Part shown: piece after piece, positions 50,714 through 63,304 of the stretch
Layout of the letters: each line of letters starts with the position of its first letter
How positions within the stretch are numbered: the first letter of the stretch is position 1
From: Lophium mytilinum
Taxonomy: Eukaryota
Reading direction: 5' to 3'
Length of the DNA stretch: 64,000 bases
NCBI GenBank assembly: GCA_010093605.1
Contig: MU004190.1
Coordinates: forward strand, 496,001 to 560,000
Notes under the pieces: model-generated
What the model saw: only the letters and a program-made list of their open reading frames with translations
What the model was told of the DNA's origin: nothing
Database searches by the model: none
Program-made: the position numbers and the translations under genes

Positions 50714-53700
50714 CTAGCGCCGACCGTACACCGAATCCTCAACCGCCCTCCCACTCCTCCCCTCCGGCTTCCGCCTCAACATCTGCGAAACCCCCGCATC
50801 CCCCGCCCCTGTCAACCCACCTCCCCTAACCGGGCTATCCAGCACCCGCATGCGATTGAACATCCCCTGATCCTCCAGCGCCTCCCGCTCATGCCTAGCA
50901 TCAAACTCGGCATCGCGTCTGAACAGCGCCATGATATCCTTCATATCAAGCTTAGCAACCGACTTGCCGCCCTCGATAGCCGCGTTAGCGAGTTTGCGCT
51001 TCGCCTCCTGCAAGTCCAGGATGCGTTCTTCGACGGAGTTGCGGATGGAGATTTTGTAGACAGTCACGTTGACGGTTTGGTTGAGGCGGTGGACGCGGTC
51101 GATGGCTTGTTCCTCGACGAACTGTACCATATAGAGTTAGCATACATCCTGATGTCAGGGATTGGGGGCTACAAGAATGGGGAGACTTACGGGGTTCCAG
51201 AAGGGTTCGAGGATGACGACTCGGCTAGCTGCTGTTAGGTTGAGACCCAAGCTACCGCATTTGAGACTGCAGAGTAGCACTCGGGTTTGCTTGTCGTTGC
51301 GCAGCTTCTGTAAACTTGCTTCGCGGAGGTCGTTGCGCATGCTGCCGTCGTAGCGGGTGAAGCTGTAGCCGTTCCGGCGGAGGAAGGGCTCGATGAGATC
51401 GAGCATGGAGGTGAATTGGGAGAAGACGATGACTTTGTGTTCCGGGGTCTCCTTTTCCAGGATCTCGAGGAGATGGCGGATCTTGGTGGAGGGGGTGAGG
51501 TGGGAGGCGCCGTAGACGGGATCCGAGTTTGAATCAGAGTCCGATTCAGGTTCGGAGTCGGACTCAGAGTCACTGTCTTGCTCTGATTCGGAGTCGACGT
51601 CCTCGTCGTTAGAGTCAACAACAGGGGCCTTCTTAGTGAGTTTCTTTCGTACTACGGGCAGGTCGTCGTCGGAATCTTCATCAGAGTCGAGATTGGCGGG
51701 CTTCTTCAAGTGTTTATTCCGCACCACGGGCAGATCGTCGTCAGACTCCTCATCAGAGTCGAGGTTGGTGAGCTTCTTAGCCTTGTTATCCTTGACAACA
51801 AACGAGTCTTCTTCTGATCCCTCATCAGTCTCAGAATCGTCAGAGTCCGCAGAGTTCAGCGTGTGCCCTCCGCCCTCGGCGTCTTCATCATCAGTACCAC
51901 CAGCCTTGCCAAGATCCGGGACGTCCTGTTCGGACTCTGGCACTATCCAGCTCCCTTCTCCTTCCTCGTCATCGCTATCGAGAATAACGCCACGCGGCCT
52001 CGCACCCTTCTTAGGCTTGGGACTAGCCTCCTCTACATCAGCATGTCTGCCCTTCTTGTTCTTCTTGTGCTTCCGAGATTTATGCTTGTGTTTTCGTGGC
52101 TTTGCAGTCATTGAAAGATCGTTCTCGCAATCATTACATCGAACCGCACCACTTGAAATAGCGGACTTCCCCAAAAGAGCCTGACAAACGTCACACTTCT
52201 TCGTCTGTACAGTCAATCCACCAAGAAGATCAGCGAGGTCGTCTGCGTCGTCGTCATTGTTGCGAGTACTTGAGGCATTCCCTCTGGAACCCGTAGTGAG
52301 AGCGTCTTTGTCATTTTTTACATTGCTCTTGATCAAGTTTGGGTGGTTGCAAGCTTGACGAAGGCGAAGCAGCAGAACCAAGGCTCCAATATAATCCGTC
52401 TTTTCGCCGCCCATCATTTCTGCAAGGCGGTTCTCGGCTCGTGAGGCAAGACGATCGTAAAATAGGCGTTCTTCTGGAGTAAAATGCCCCACCACCGTCT
52501 CGATGTTCCGATCAACGATTTTGAACCCACTGGATTCACCGTCTTTGACTTTTCCACCGGGATTCAGAGCTCCTTCTTTCTTCAAGACGTCTTTGGTCCG
52601 ACGCTTCATAAAAGCCTTGAGGAAGAATCCTAAGCGCTTCATCGCGATACCACCGCGGCCATTTTTCATAGGTCCGGTGATTTGGTCCTTCCATTGTCGG
52701 AGGTCTTCGTATGGCTTGATGCGAAGGAATTTGATAAGGCTCTGGAGCTCATCAAGATTATTTTGCATGGGAGTTCCCGTCAAGCACCATCGATAGTGAG
52801 ACCTCAGCGCATATGCTGCCTTTGTCATCTTGGTAGTCCGGTTCTTGATCGAATGTGCTTCGTCTAGAATGACTCGATACCAGTGAACACCAAAACAACC
52901 ACTCTTGAGCCCGTCATCTGCATCATCACTACCAGCGTGCTCCGACGAGAGGGTGCTGAATGTGGTAACAACGACATCGTATTTCCTCAACTTGGCGGGG
53001 TCCTTAGTCCGGCTAGGACCGTGATGCACGCAAACCGAAAGGCGATGAGACTTCTCGACCTTGCTTGAAATTTCGGCTTCCCATTGTTTGATCAGAGCCA
53101 AAGGAGCGACGACTAGAGTACCCTTGCCAACAGTAGGCAGGATCTTGTTTTTCGATTTTGGATCGACGGGAGCATCCTTGTCCGGGCGAGGATTGGAGAG
53201 GATGAGAGCGAGAGACTGAATGGTCTTTCCGAGACCCATATCATCAGCTAGTATTCCACCCTTCGGTAAGACACCATTCTTCTTGCGAGTGCCAATCTCC
53301 TTGTCGGTCATCCATGCCAAGCCGTCCACTTGGTGAGGGAGTAGCTTGACTTTAAGGCCCTCGACGATGGAATCATCCTCTTCTTCCTCCTCCTCGTCTT
53401 CGGCTTCAGCCTCCTCTTCCTTCGCCTTGACATCCAAAGCTTGCAGCCTCTTTGCAAGGGAATTAGCTGCTTCGTCCACATCCTCTTTCTTTGGCGACTT
53501 CTTCTTACGACCCCTAGTCCGAGGCACGTTATCTTCCTCGTCATCGAAGGCACCCTCCAGAAGAGCCTTGATATCCGCGTTCGCCTGAGCAGAATCGATA
53601 TACATGAAAGGGTCCGCGGCGCCAAATTGGTCCTGGCCTTGGCGAAGAGCAGCATCAGGGTCAAACTCGTCGTCATCTGCTTTCTTATCTGCGTTTTTAG

Positions 53701-54673
53701 TCAAGTCTACATAGTTGCCCTGCTGACCAAAGAATTTAGCATATGCAGAACCAACAGCGGGGTTCACCGGCTGGAACGCGTTATTGCCCAGGGAAGAGTA
53801 TACTGGTGCAGGGGCAGGTCGTATCGTCTGGCCTGGTAGGTTGCGAGGGACCCCCACGGACACGGGTGCTGCGCCATACTGAGGGCGGTAGGGTGGGTCG
53901 AAGTTGGCAGGTTTAGGGATCATTACCACGTCAGAGCCAGAAGAGGTCCGGTCATTACCAGCAGCGTTAGGTGGTGCAGGAACAGGATAGCCATATTGCG
54001 GGGCCTGTGAAGGCATTTGGAAGACTGGCGGTGCTTGTGTTGGCCTGACTGGTTCACGGTGATGTTCCGGACGCGGCTGACCTGGCTTCGGCATGTTGAA
54101 CATACTCAAGGACGGATCCTTCTTGCGGTCCTTCTTCAAAGGATTGCGTATAGGGCTGGCCTTTCCGAACTCGGGCGCTGGAGAAGTATTGGTCAAGTCA
54201 TGCAGTGCCTTTGGGGCGGGAGCCGCTTTGCTAGGGCTCGGGGCCGGTGGATCTCGCTCCTTGACCATGTTGCTGTGTTTGCTCTGATGTTGCCTGTGGA
54301 CAGCAGTTTTGGGGTTGCAGGGATTTGCTGACGCTGAAGTGTCTCGCAGTACCTGCGGAGAGGGCGTACGTCTCGTTCCCACGTCGAACAGAGAACTGTC
54401 CTCTCCAAGCACTATCTCGTTGGGAGTATATTCTGCTGAAGAAGTCGGGCTCGACTCTCCGTGGACGACGGTCGGAACAGAGGGATATTTGGATGAAAAA
54501 AGGTTCCGATGCGGGGGAGAGTTTATATTTAGGTGGTGGGACTTATGCGAGAGGTGTTTGTTGTTGTTGGTGGGCTTCTTGGTGGGCGAAGGTGGGAACT
54601 TTGGTTTCTGTGGCGAAGAGAGCGTATTCACGGGGCGGATGGGTCCCCGGCGATGGTCCTGCCTCTGTACCAT
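50714..54673 (-). CDS. SNF2-family ATPase, Rad5/Rad16 group (Uls1/Ris1-like)
   Basis: [47 protein letters not shown] and [18 protein letters not shown] across intron ~51123-51190. Confidence 0.92.
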
Positions 54674-55161
54674 ATTCTTGTCAGTGACTGGGCCTTTCGC
54701 TGGGTGATATCGAGTGTCTCTTACCAGGTTGCTGTAGTTTCCTCCTCCAGGCGGCCAACGAGGTTGTTGTCGATTTTCTCTTGGCGGTCGTCACCGCAAC
54801 CGATTTGTTGACTGTCCTGCAGACGCGACTTTTTACCACCACAACGCCTGGTCACGCGTTTCCATTAAGCAGATTCGACAAAGCCCAGCGGTTAGTGGTT
54901 CCTACGGAGGCTCACTTCGACTCCTCCCCCTTCAACATGACCTTCATTTGCGAAGACCTCTCTAAGTACCTAAATGTTGCTCAAGCACCATTCGTATGAC
55001 GCGAAGGTAGGCATAGGAATTGATATTCTTAATACGCTATTCGGCACCTTATCTCTATCTATTACTACGGCCCTCAACACATAAGCTACGTATTAGGTGC
55101 TACGCCCTTTGATCTATACGCGGGAGGTTATAGTTCAACAACCGCCAATACATAGTACCTC

Positions 55162-55617
55162 TTAGACTCCTCTCAACCCAATAGTACCAAGCGCCATAAA
55201 GACCATTGCACCACCTCCGAGCAGCCCAAAAGCAGGTTTACTGAGCGTCCCAGTAGCCAATCCAAAGACACAACTCGCCAGGTCCAGCGTATCTGTTGCC
55301 AAGCCTGCCCATAGGGCGCGTTTCAATTCCCTTTTGTCGTTTTGAGTACCATCGGCCGTCCAGAGTAGCTCTGCCAAAACACCATCACGGACACCAAACA
55401 TACGGGGAAGGATCAAGGCTCCTGGTCCCGATACTGTAATCCGGAATAAACTGACCATGAGGCCTGGCGCGACGATGCTGGCGGTCCCAGCAACTAGCCG
55501 GGAGATAGAAAGGACGTTGATTGCGCCTTGCGTGAGGCGGTTGGGGGTATTGGAGGAGGGGCCCTCGGATATTTGAGGATGGAGAGGGCTGGTTTCGGAC
55601 TTTGGGGACGGTGCCAT
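55162..55617 (-). CDS. Small four-helix membrane protein (DUF4267-like)
   Basis: 151-aa ATG ORF with hydrophobic segments and the RMFGVRD..L and D..D motifs. Confidence 0.7.
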   Translation of the reverse strand: MAPSPKSETSPLHPQISEGPSSNTPNRLTQGAINVLSISRLVAGTASIVAPGLMVSLFRITVSGPGALILPRMFGVRDGVLAELLWTADGTQNDKRELKRALWAGLATDTLDLASCVFGLATGTLSKPAFGLLGGGAMVFMALGTIGLRGV

Positions 55618-56165
55618 AGTTGAGACTGGACGAGTGTATCGCAGACGGCTCGAAGATGGGCGGGTATATTGACGATCGCAAGAAGTGGTTGAAAGTAATC
55701 CTGGTAAATGGATTGAAAGACGTCGTAGGATGCCTGGACCATTGATGCAGTCTTGTCAACTGGAAGCTGGCCTGGATATTGGCTGTCTTTTCAATTACGG
55801 CCTTCACGACATACGTGTGTACGAAACGCATTATGCTCATCGCATTTAGGAGCCTAGCGACTGAGCACATTCTTCGTATCCTAGATGACGTTTCGTCTTT
55901 CAACTACTATCTATTGCCCTCCTTGTTATGCTCGGGATGAGCATTGACAATGTCGAAGCGAGCGTCCAATCAGATTCCTCAAAGTCGATCCGAGATACGA
56001 AGAGCATAACGTTATGTGGCTTGGGCCCTCGCGTCAAAGAAACCCAACCACCCCGCTCAACGTTATTCTCTCTTTCTTGCACCTCTTCAATCGACACTAT
56101 CTTCCAGATTTCAGTGGTCGCCTAACACATTGCATAACGTTTTGTTGCAGATACCTGACTCCACC

Positions 56166-57488
56166 ATGAGTTCAATTGAAAGTCGGTCAAGCGCTAAAGG
56201 TGTACCATCACCTGGGGATCCAGATCGTAAAAGGATACTAAACGTTTTGGCACAGCGCCGATACAGTAAGTGTTGACTATTTTTCTCGTAAAAGAGGATC
56301 CTTCTCGGGCTGCTTGTGAAACGATTGAATTCGCGGCATATCGAAGTGACAAGAGCTGGACAGGATCCTTGTCTAACCACAATATCATTACCTTTTTGCA
56401 CAGTCCCCTTTCAATCCCAGTCTCAATTGCGTCAAGCATATAGATTATCACACTCTATGTGCAGAAAGAGCTCTGGCTTATGCCCCTTCTGGCGGCAGAT
56501 AGGCGATGCTACAAAGATCTACCTCAATCACACAGTCAGTTGTTCGCGCTAATTGCCAAATTTTTCTCTAGGACAACGGAGACGAGAGCGGATTGCAGCA
56601 CTTGAAGCTCAGGCGCAGGATTCATCATCAACTTCACCTCTGCCGCAAAACCCCTTCCCAACGCCCGTTGTCACGCCAATAGAATCAGAACCCATTCAAA
56701 GCAACTCAGACGAAACAACACAGCTGGACTTTGTACTTCAAACAGAACCTGGCTCACTCGTTGACCTACCAAACAACACTATGGGTGCTGCAACTAGTTC
56801 CGATTTCACCTCCTCATTCGACCCAATCATCTTCGATATACCTATGCCCACTTTCACAGACCTAGGTACGTCCCTTTCATCTTAATTTACCAAACCCCCT
56901 CTACAGCCCTCTCTGACCTTTTCAGACCTCTCCTTCCCCCCATCGGCCATATCAAGCACCAGCCCAACCTACTTAAACCCCGCCTCCACCCCATGCTTCC
57001 AATTCCCTCTCACCCCAGACCGAAACATCGAAGTCCCCATCCTCTCCACCCTCCGCGCTACACTGGCCATTGCATCCGTATTATCTGTCCAACACTCCTT
57101 ACACGACCTCTCCTGCTTGCACACTCTGGCACCTAGTCCGCATCTACCCCAAAATCTCCAGCCGACCGAAGCTCAGCGGAACATCCCGCATCATCCGGTT
57201 TTGGATATTTTCCCCTGGCCAACAGTCCGCACGAAACTGATCTGCATGCTCACCAGTGGCGCTGCACAGCTCTCAGGGGGCATCGCGATCATGCAACTCG
57301 TATCTGACATGGATGATCTGGCGGAGGGGATGAGAGTGAGTGGGACGAATGAGCTAGATGAGGCGAGCTGGGAGGTTGGGGAGGCGATGTTGAAGAACTG
57401 GTGGTGGGCGTTTGATGCGCAGATTATTGGGCATTCGAATCAGTTGAGGGCGATGAGGGGGGCGCCGAGGTTGAGGATTGGGTCGTGA
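56166..57488 (+). CDS. bZIP-like transcription factor with C-terminal DUF3425
   Basis: RKRILNVLAQRRY|RQRRRERIAALE across intron ~56266-56571; second intron ~56866-56925. LQPTEAQRNIPHHPVLDIFPWPTVRTKL, WEVGE...KNWWW and SNQLRAMRG motifs. Confidence 0.88.
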
Positions 57489-57739
57489 GCGCCGTGGGTG
57501 GAGAGCTGGAGTTCGTCTTGTTTTTATGCGGTGAGAAGTTGGGACGGAGTTCTGTGGCTGGTTGCTTTGCTTTTTTTGGTGCACTAGTCATACACACATC
57601 AAACGATATGGTAGCCGTCTCTACCCTGCCCGTGTCTTTAGGCGCTCCCGTCCGCCTTCCAGAAGCCGCCTTCTTCAATACCTCATTCACCATCTGGGGA
57701 GCGGGAAGGTCATGTGATCCAAAAACAAAAGCAGAAAGC

Positions 57740-57832
57740 AAAAAGGAGAAGTCTGTGTGAGACTCGAACCTCGACTCAGCGTCCATTCGTTTTCCGCACC
57801 TGGTAACGTTAGGCCATCTGAGCCATATGAGG
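57740..57832 (-). ncRNA. Degenerate tRNA-like / Pol III promoter element
   Basis: Minus-strand A-box TGGCTCAGATGG (57825-57814), B-box GGTTCGAGTC (57770-57761) and a downstream oligo-T. Acceptor, D and T stems do not pair properly. Confidence 0.4.
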
Positions 57833-58740
57833 TCTGATCCTTTTATACTATCTCACCAAAATTAACTTACCTATATGCCCTCAATTTTCAACATTTCCTA
57901 ACTCTTCTTTCTCTGCTAGCTACAAGCCTATGTACCATTTAGCGCATATCATCAGCTACTGTATTCAGTAGGGCTTGGAACCCGCACTTCGTTTCATCAA
58001 GTGGACAACTGACGATAGTTTGTGCCGACCTTATAGCGAACTTACGAACAGAGTACAGTAATGATCACCACACGTAAACTGAGACCTTGACCATCCTAAT
58101 CTTTCCCTTTTACTTCACTACACTAGTACTGGAACCCCCTATCGGCCATCGCTTCTCACTATCGCTGATCACCATCACAACCCACCCTCTCCTCCACCTC
58201 TCTACCTCCATTTACCTTTCTTGCACGTGGTTTTGAACCTCTCCTCCAACCCACTCAACTTTGCAGCCTCTTGCCCACCGTATCAACCCTAAACAACTAT
58301 GTAAAGGTCTTGAACCGGCTTTTCAATCTCCCAACACACCACTCCACCCCATATTCCCTGTTTCGTTCCTGTTTTGATGGCTCGCCCACCCGGTTCCACT
58401 TGACTGAAGACGAAGGGGAGAGAGGGCTTTAAGTACTGGATGGGTAGATAGATAATAGAGCGTCACGGGTGTATCATGAGACCTTCCGCGCACGTGTATG
58501 TAAGCACGTGACCCCAGATCGTATGGGTAAAGGTTAGTATAGTGGTGTAATGACGGGGGTATCGGCCAGTATAAGCCATTGTGACTTCTGGAGTGGTTTT
58601 GTCTCTCTTTTATCAAAGATGTCTCGCATACCGTTCGCCGACCTCCTTCCGATTGGTGATAGGTAAGGAAACGAGAGCAGAACACATTCACCTCTTGCCC
58701 CGGGAGGATCTTGCATTTGTACAATATAGGTGGATATCTG

Positions 58741-58840
58741 TCATTACTCTCATTACTCTCATTACTCTCATTACTCTCATTACTCTCATTACTCTCATTA
58801 CTCTCATTACTCTCATTACTCTCATTACTCTCATTACTCA
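58741..58840. repeat. 9-bp tandem repeat (TCATTACTC) x ~11
   Basis: Perfect array read directly from the sequence. Confidence 0.97.
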
Positions 58841-58971
58841 CTAGACATTACCATCCTAGCATCATGCCCACGTCTAATACTCCACCACATCTTACCCAAA
58901 CAACCCCCAACAAATACGACCACTTACAACCACCCCAAATGCCGATGAATGAACAGCAAGAAAGGACGTAC

Positions 58972-60649
58972 TTACCTTCTCACCTTCCCTAGCACAGTAA
59001 TAATCCCACTCCCCGCCTCAACCCTCCATCCCGCGTTAAGAAGTACCCTCACAACCGCCGGCCCCAACTTCCCCCTCCCGCCCTCCGAATGCCGCCCCAC
59101 ACCCACAATAATGCTATACCCGTCTCCTACGCCCCTCCTCCCCGCCCCAGGAATCCGCTGCTCCCCCAGCCCCGCCCACCACGCCGCGACCCTACGATCC
59201 GCGATGCGCACCGCGTCCTTGACGTTCACGCCGTGCAGATCCAACTGCGTCGCCGTGCTCTGCGCTGCAACCAGCGCATCGGCTTCTGCGGCGGACATCG
59301 CGAGGGCCGCGGCGTGGTAGTCGTGACCGAGCTGCGCGTAGTAGCCCGAGGCTGCTTTCATCAGGTTATCAGATTTGCCGCGGCGGTACGCGGAATTGGC
59401 TTGAGCGAAGGCGTTTGTGCGCGCGGTGGAGAGGGCGGCCGCGGTGGGGGAGTGCAGGACGGGGAGGGAGGATTTGTTCGTGGGGGTGGTGGGACGGTCG
59501 TTTTCGGAGGTGTCGAGGTTGAGGGGGGCGTAGTGAGGGATGAGCTGGATACCGCCCGGTCTGGTGCCGGAGGGGGAGCTGCGGTTGTGGGTTGTGAGGA
59601 GTCTCGCTAGCTCGTGGGCGGATGCGGTGGAGGGGGATGTGAGCCTGATGATAGCGGAGGCTTGGGCGAAGTTTAAGGAGGGGAAGTCCGTCGTGAGATC
59701 GAATGCGTTGGAGACTGTGGTGGGGTCCGGTTCCAGGCTCTCGTGCTCTTTCAAGTTCTTCTCTATGAGAGCCATGATGGTGGCAGGAATGGACGCGCCA
59801 TTTTTGTGGTAGAGAGAGTCGACAGACTTCTTGGGAATGCCAGTCTTGCTGGCAATCAGCTCGATACTTTTCCCTGCATCCAGCCATATATTGGACGGGG
59901 TCGATGTGCCGCTCGGTGAAGGCGACGACGAGCTACTACTCTGACCAAGAGGATTCCTTTTCTTCTTCCCCTTGCCCTTCCGACCCCGAGAGGCGACCAT
60001 ATGCTCCACCGAAAAGGCATCAATGCCTTTCGGGATGATGCCGCCCTCATCGGTAGTCGAGTTTTCGAAGTACACGAGATTCAGCAACTCATCCGTAGCT
60101 TGCCCATAGTTCCCCCCGCACTTCTGGAGGATGAACTGTATGCGCTGCAGCCTAACAGTGGGAAAGGTCTCCCGAAGCATCACCTCTTTCGTCTCGTCCG
60201 GGAGCTTCTCGGCATCGTCGAAATAACCGCCGTGAGCTCCCAGAAGATCTCCAGACGAACTAGACCCAGACACAGAAGGTGTACTGAGGCTGATCCCAGA
60301 GACTCCATTGGTGAGGCTCGTGAGGTCGCTCCTCGAGGGCGAAGAGCGGCTTCCGGCGGTTGACTCTGACTCCGTTGAAGTGTCCGCCTCGCGCTGCAAG
60401 CCACTGCTGCCAGACGCGTCAAACTCTGTGTTTTGCTCCTCAATCGCACTCTGTTTTATCCCATCAAGTATTTGGCGTGCGTCCGCCACGTCCTGGGCGT
60501 TGTCAAGGTCGTAGTCGGCGCATATTGCGTAGATCAGGGCAGGGTCTACTGGCGGGCAGTATTCCCTCTGAAGTTAGGTCAGTGGATAGTCATGGCACGT
60601 GCAAGTGAAGTTATTTACGTACCTCTAGAAGCAGTAGTGGGTCATCCAT
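58972..60649 (-). CDS. CUE + Smr domain protein (Cue2-like ribosome-rescue endonuclease)
   Basis: Exon 1 60649-60623 (MDDPLLLLE), intron 60622-60568, then REYCPPVDPAL. CUE (LRETFP..ATDELL) and Smr (LDLHGVNVKDA..IIVGVGRHSEGG) domains. Confidence 0.88.
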
Positions 60650-61366
60650 ACTTTGACGTGGCGGGGTATTCAGATCTTTCAGCCTTTGGTCGGAAATTGA
60701 GCATATTCAAATGATTGGTGGGTATGTGGATTGGCTGTGCAGGCTGAGCAACTAATATCGCTCAGTCGTATGCAGAGAGTGTGGTGTGTGTGTAAAGAAT
60801 GTGGTTTGAAGGTGGGTTTAAGTAGTCAGTGTGGGCAAGAGAGTGAACGTCGTCGTCAATGACGGGCTGAGCCGCTTGTGCCGCAATCTTGGCATCAGCA
60901 TTTCGGGGTCAGAGATTCTGTCGGGCCTTTACATTCACTCTGCGTCATTAGAGTCCGTGTAGCGGTATAGAAGAGAGACATAGTGATAGATGTTATAGTT
61001 GCGAGGAGTCTTGATTGATGGTTCCATTGTCAGCGGCAAGATCTTCCTTCTCGAGGTCGCCTCCAAGTCCTTTCTGAATCGCGATTGCAACGCAAGTCCT
61101 TCGTAGATATTTTCATTCAGAAGCCAAGTCTCCAGAAACTGTCTCTTTCCTTTTCATTTCAAGTTTCGGTCCAATTCCCATACCTCTCCAACAAACTGGC
61201 GCCCCAATTGTAGAACATTTGGGGCATACTTCCGGTCTAGCTACACCCGTCTGTGATGGTTGTTCAGAAATGCTTCCAACGGCACATCTCAGAGTAGCTC
61301 GGCGAGGTAGCGAGCTGTTCCATAGTATTTTATTACAGATAAATCTTTTTGGGGAGGTCCCAGCAG

Positions 61367-63304
61367 CTATGAGTTGCGTGGTGGCATCTCAACCACGTCG
61401 ACCATCCCCTCGTCCACAACCCCCCTTTTCTCAGCCTCGGTTCCCAGCCTCCTGATCTCTGCCTCGAACTCCTCCTTCCACCTCTCATAAACCCTCACTA
61501 CCTCAGGATCCAGTCTTCCCTTGCCACTCCCACCGTTCCCCTCACCCTCGACCCCATCTTCCACCAACCCCCGCTCTAGCAGCCAAACCTCCCCTTTGTA
61601 CCACCGCTCAACCCACCGCACAAGCACAAGCCCTAGACTCCCCACCCCAATTACAAACGGAATGAGCTGGCCCACACTCGCCAACCCCGTCAACCCCTCG
61701 ATCCTATTCCACCTAATCGTCAACTCCAGCTGCAAAATAAAAAACACGTGAATCCAGAGATGGGATATAGTAAAACACCAACTCTCCGCCAGCGTCCACC
61801 CCCTCTTCGGCGCCTTCGGCAGCAAAATCGCCGCCGCAACAGCTGTCCCTTCATGGGAAGGTAGAGGCGCATAAGTCTCCGGCCGCAGAAAGTCCGGGTA
61901 CGTCAGCGCCACGTACAGATGGTAGGGTATGTTCCAGTCGTCGACGAGATTAGCGCGGGAGAGGTGCGTGAATAAGACTGCCACGCGGCGGGGGAACCGG
62001 AGGGTGAGTTGGTACTTCAGCACGTGGCGGTGGCAGGCGAAGAAGGACGGGATGCGGGATGCGATGTCGAGGGCTTCAGAGGAACAGAATTGGGGGGCCT
62101 CGGTGACTTGTGCGCGGTGGCCGAGTGGGAGGCGCATATAAAGCTTGTAGAGCCGAGCTGAGCGGCCGGATAAAGTGGCGGACTTCGTGGCAGCCATGCA
62201 GCGCGTGAGGTAGAGAGACCCATGGTAGACGTCCTCGAAGACGCGGAAGTCGCCCGTTTGGAGGGGTGTTGCGGCGGCTTGGGTGTGAGCTTGCTCTTGG
62301 GGTCGAGAGTATACTGGAGAGATGGGTGTCTCTGAATCTTGAGAGGTTCTCCGGGAAGGTGAGTATAAAGCCGGCCGGTGCGTGTCCTGGTTTGGCGCAT
62401 CTCCACCCTCATCCAATGACTCCGTGGTTAAAGCATCTCCTGACGTCCGATGATGATCCATCGTAGTGACAACCCCAGCTTCGCGCCTTTCCCTCTTCTG
62501 GCGCTCTAGTTCCTCAAACCGAGCAACCGTCTCTAAAAACCCCCTTTTAGCTTTCTGAAACATGAAATAGCTCCTCACATTAACAGCCTCTAACCCAATC
62601 CTATGAACATGCCCCAGCATCGCCACAACCGGCACCACCTTTGCATACGTCCGAAACCCGCCAAACATATCCAGCTTCGCCAAAAAGAACACAAAAGTGC
62701 CACATGGCGTCTCCACCATCTCATCAATCCCACGAAACCAGAACCAGACCAGCAAGCTTTGGCATCCTATATCCATACACTCCGTAAACACCCGCCTCGT
62801 CACGCTATTGCGGAAATTCTCTTTAGCATGTGGGCTTTGCGTGCGGGCGCCAGTGAGGCACTGCCACGCGAAGATCTGCAGGATGATGAACGCTTCCACA
62901 GCGTAGATCTCGGCGGCGTTGACAGCGGCGTAGAGGATGGAGACGATGAAGAGGGCGACGGTGAACACGGTGATGCTGTCGCGGAGGAAGGGGGCTTCGG
63001 AGGCGAGGAAGTATTTGGCGAACCAGACGGCGAGGGCTTGGGTGTAGATGCCGATTCGGATTCCGATGCCGTAGATGTCGTTGTTGCCGGTGAAGCCGCA
63101 GTGGTGGGCGGCGCGGGGCTGGAGTGGTTTCGTGCTTTCGTGGGTTTGCGAGATCTGCTCGATTCTGTCCTTTATGAGAATCGAAGCATGGAGGCCAGAG
63201 TTCCAGTTTGCGCTTGTACGTAGCGCGTTTGTGAGAGTTGATGAAAGGAGAATGGTGGCTATAAATGCAATGAGATAAACGAAACGAGTTTCTATTTGAA
63301 ACAT
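61367..63304 (-). CDS. Multi-pass fungal membrane protein of unknown function
   Basis: 645-aa ORF with signal/TM segments, GNNDIYGIGIRIGIYTQ and ELTIRWN..VGQLIPFVIG motifs seen in a widespread uncharacterised fungal family. Confidence 0.8.
   Translation of the reverse strand: MFQIETRFVYLIAFIATILLSSTLTNALRTSANWNSGLHASILIKDRIEQISQTHESTKPLQPRAAHHCGFTGNNDIYGIGIRIGIYTQALAVWFAKYFLASEAPFLRDSITVFTVALFIVSILYAAVNAAEIYAVEAFIILQIFAWQCLTGARTQSPHAKENFRNSVTRRVFTECMDIGCQSLLVWFWFRGIDEMVETPCGTFVFFLAKLDMFGGFRTYAKVVPVVAMLGHVHRIGLEAVNVRSYFMFQKAKRGFLETVARFEELERQKRERREAGVVTTMDHHRTSGDALTTESLDEGGDAPNQDTHRPALYSPSRRTSQDSETPISPVYSRPQEQAHTQAAATPLQTGDFRVFEDVYHGSLYLTRCMAATKSATLSGRSARLYKLYMRLPLGHRAQVTEAPQFCSSEALDIASRIPSFFACHRHVLKYQLTLRFPRRVAVLFTHLSRANLVDDWNIPYHLYVALTYPDFLRPETYAPLPSHEGTAVAAAILLPKAPKRGWTLAESWCFTISHLWIHVFFILQLELTIRWNRIEGLTGLASVGQLIPFVIGVGSLGLVLVRWVERWYKGEVWLLERGLVEDGVEGEGNGGSGKGRLDPEVVRVYERWKEEFEAEIRRLGTEAEKRGVVDEGMVDVVEMPPRNS

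Noticed and set aside
58323..58992. ORFs with SNE/ITL/HYS/LLS repeats
   Set aside because: Products of the 9-bp tandem repeat; no recognisable domain or convincing start.
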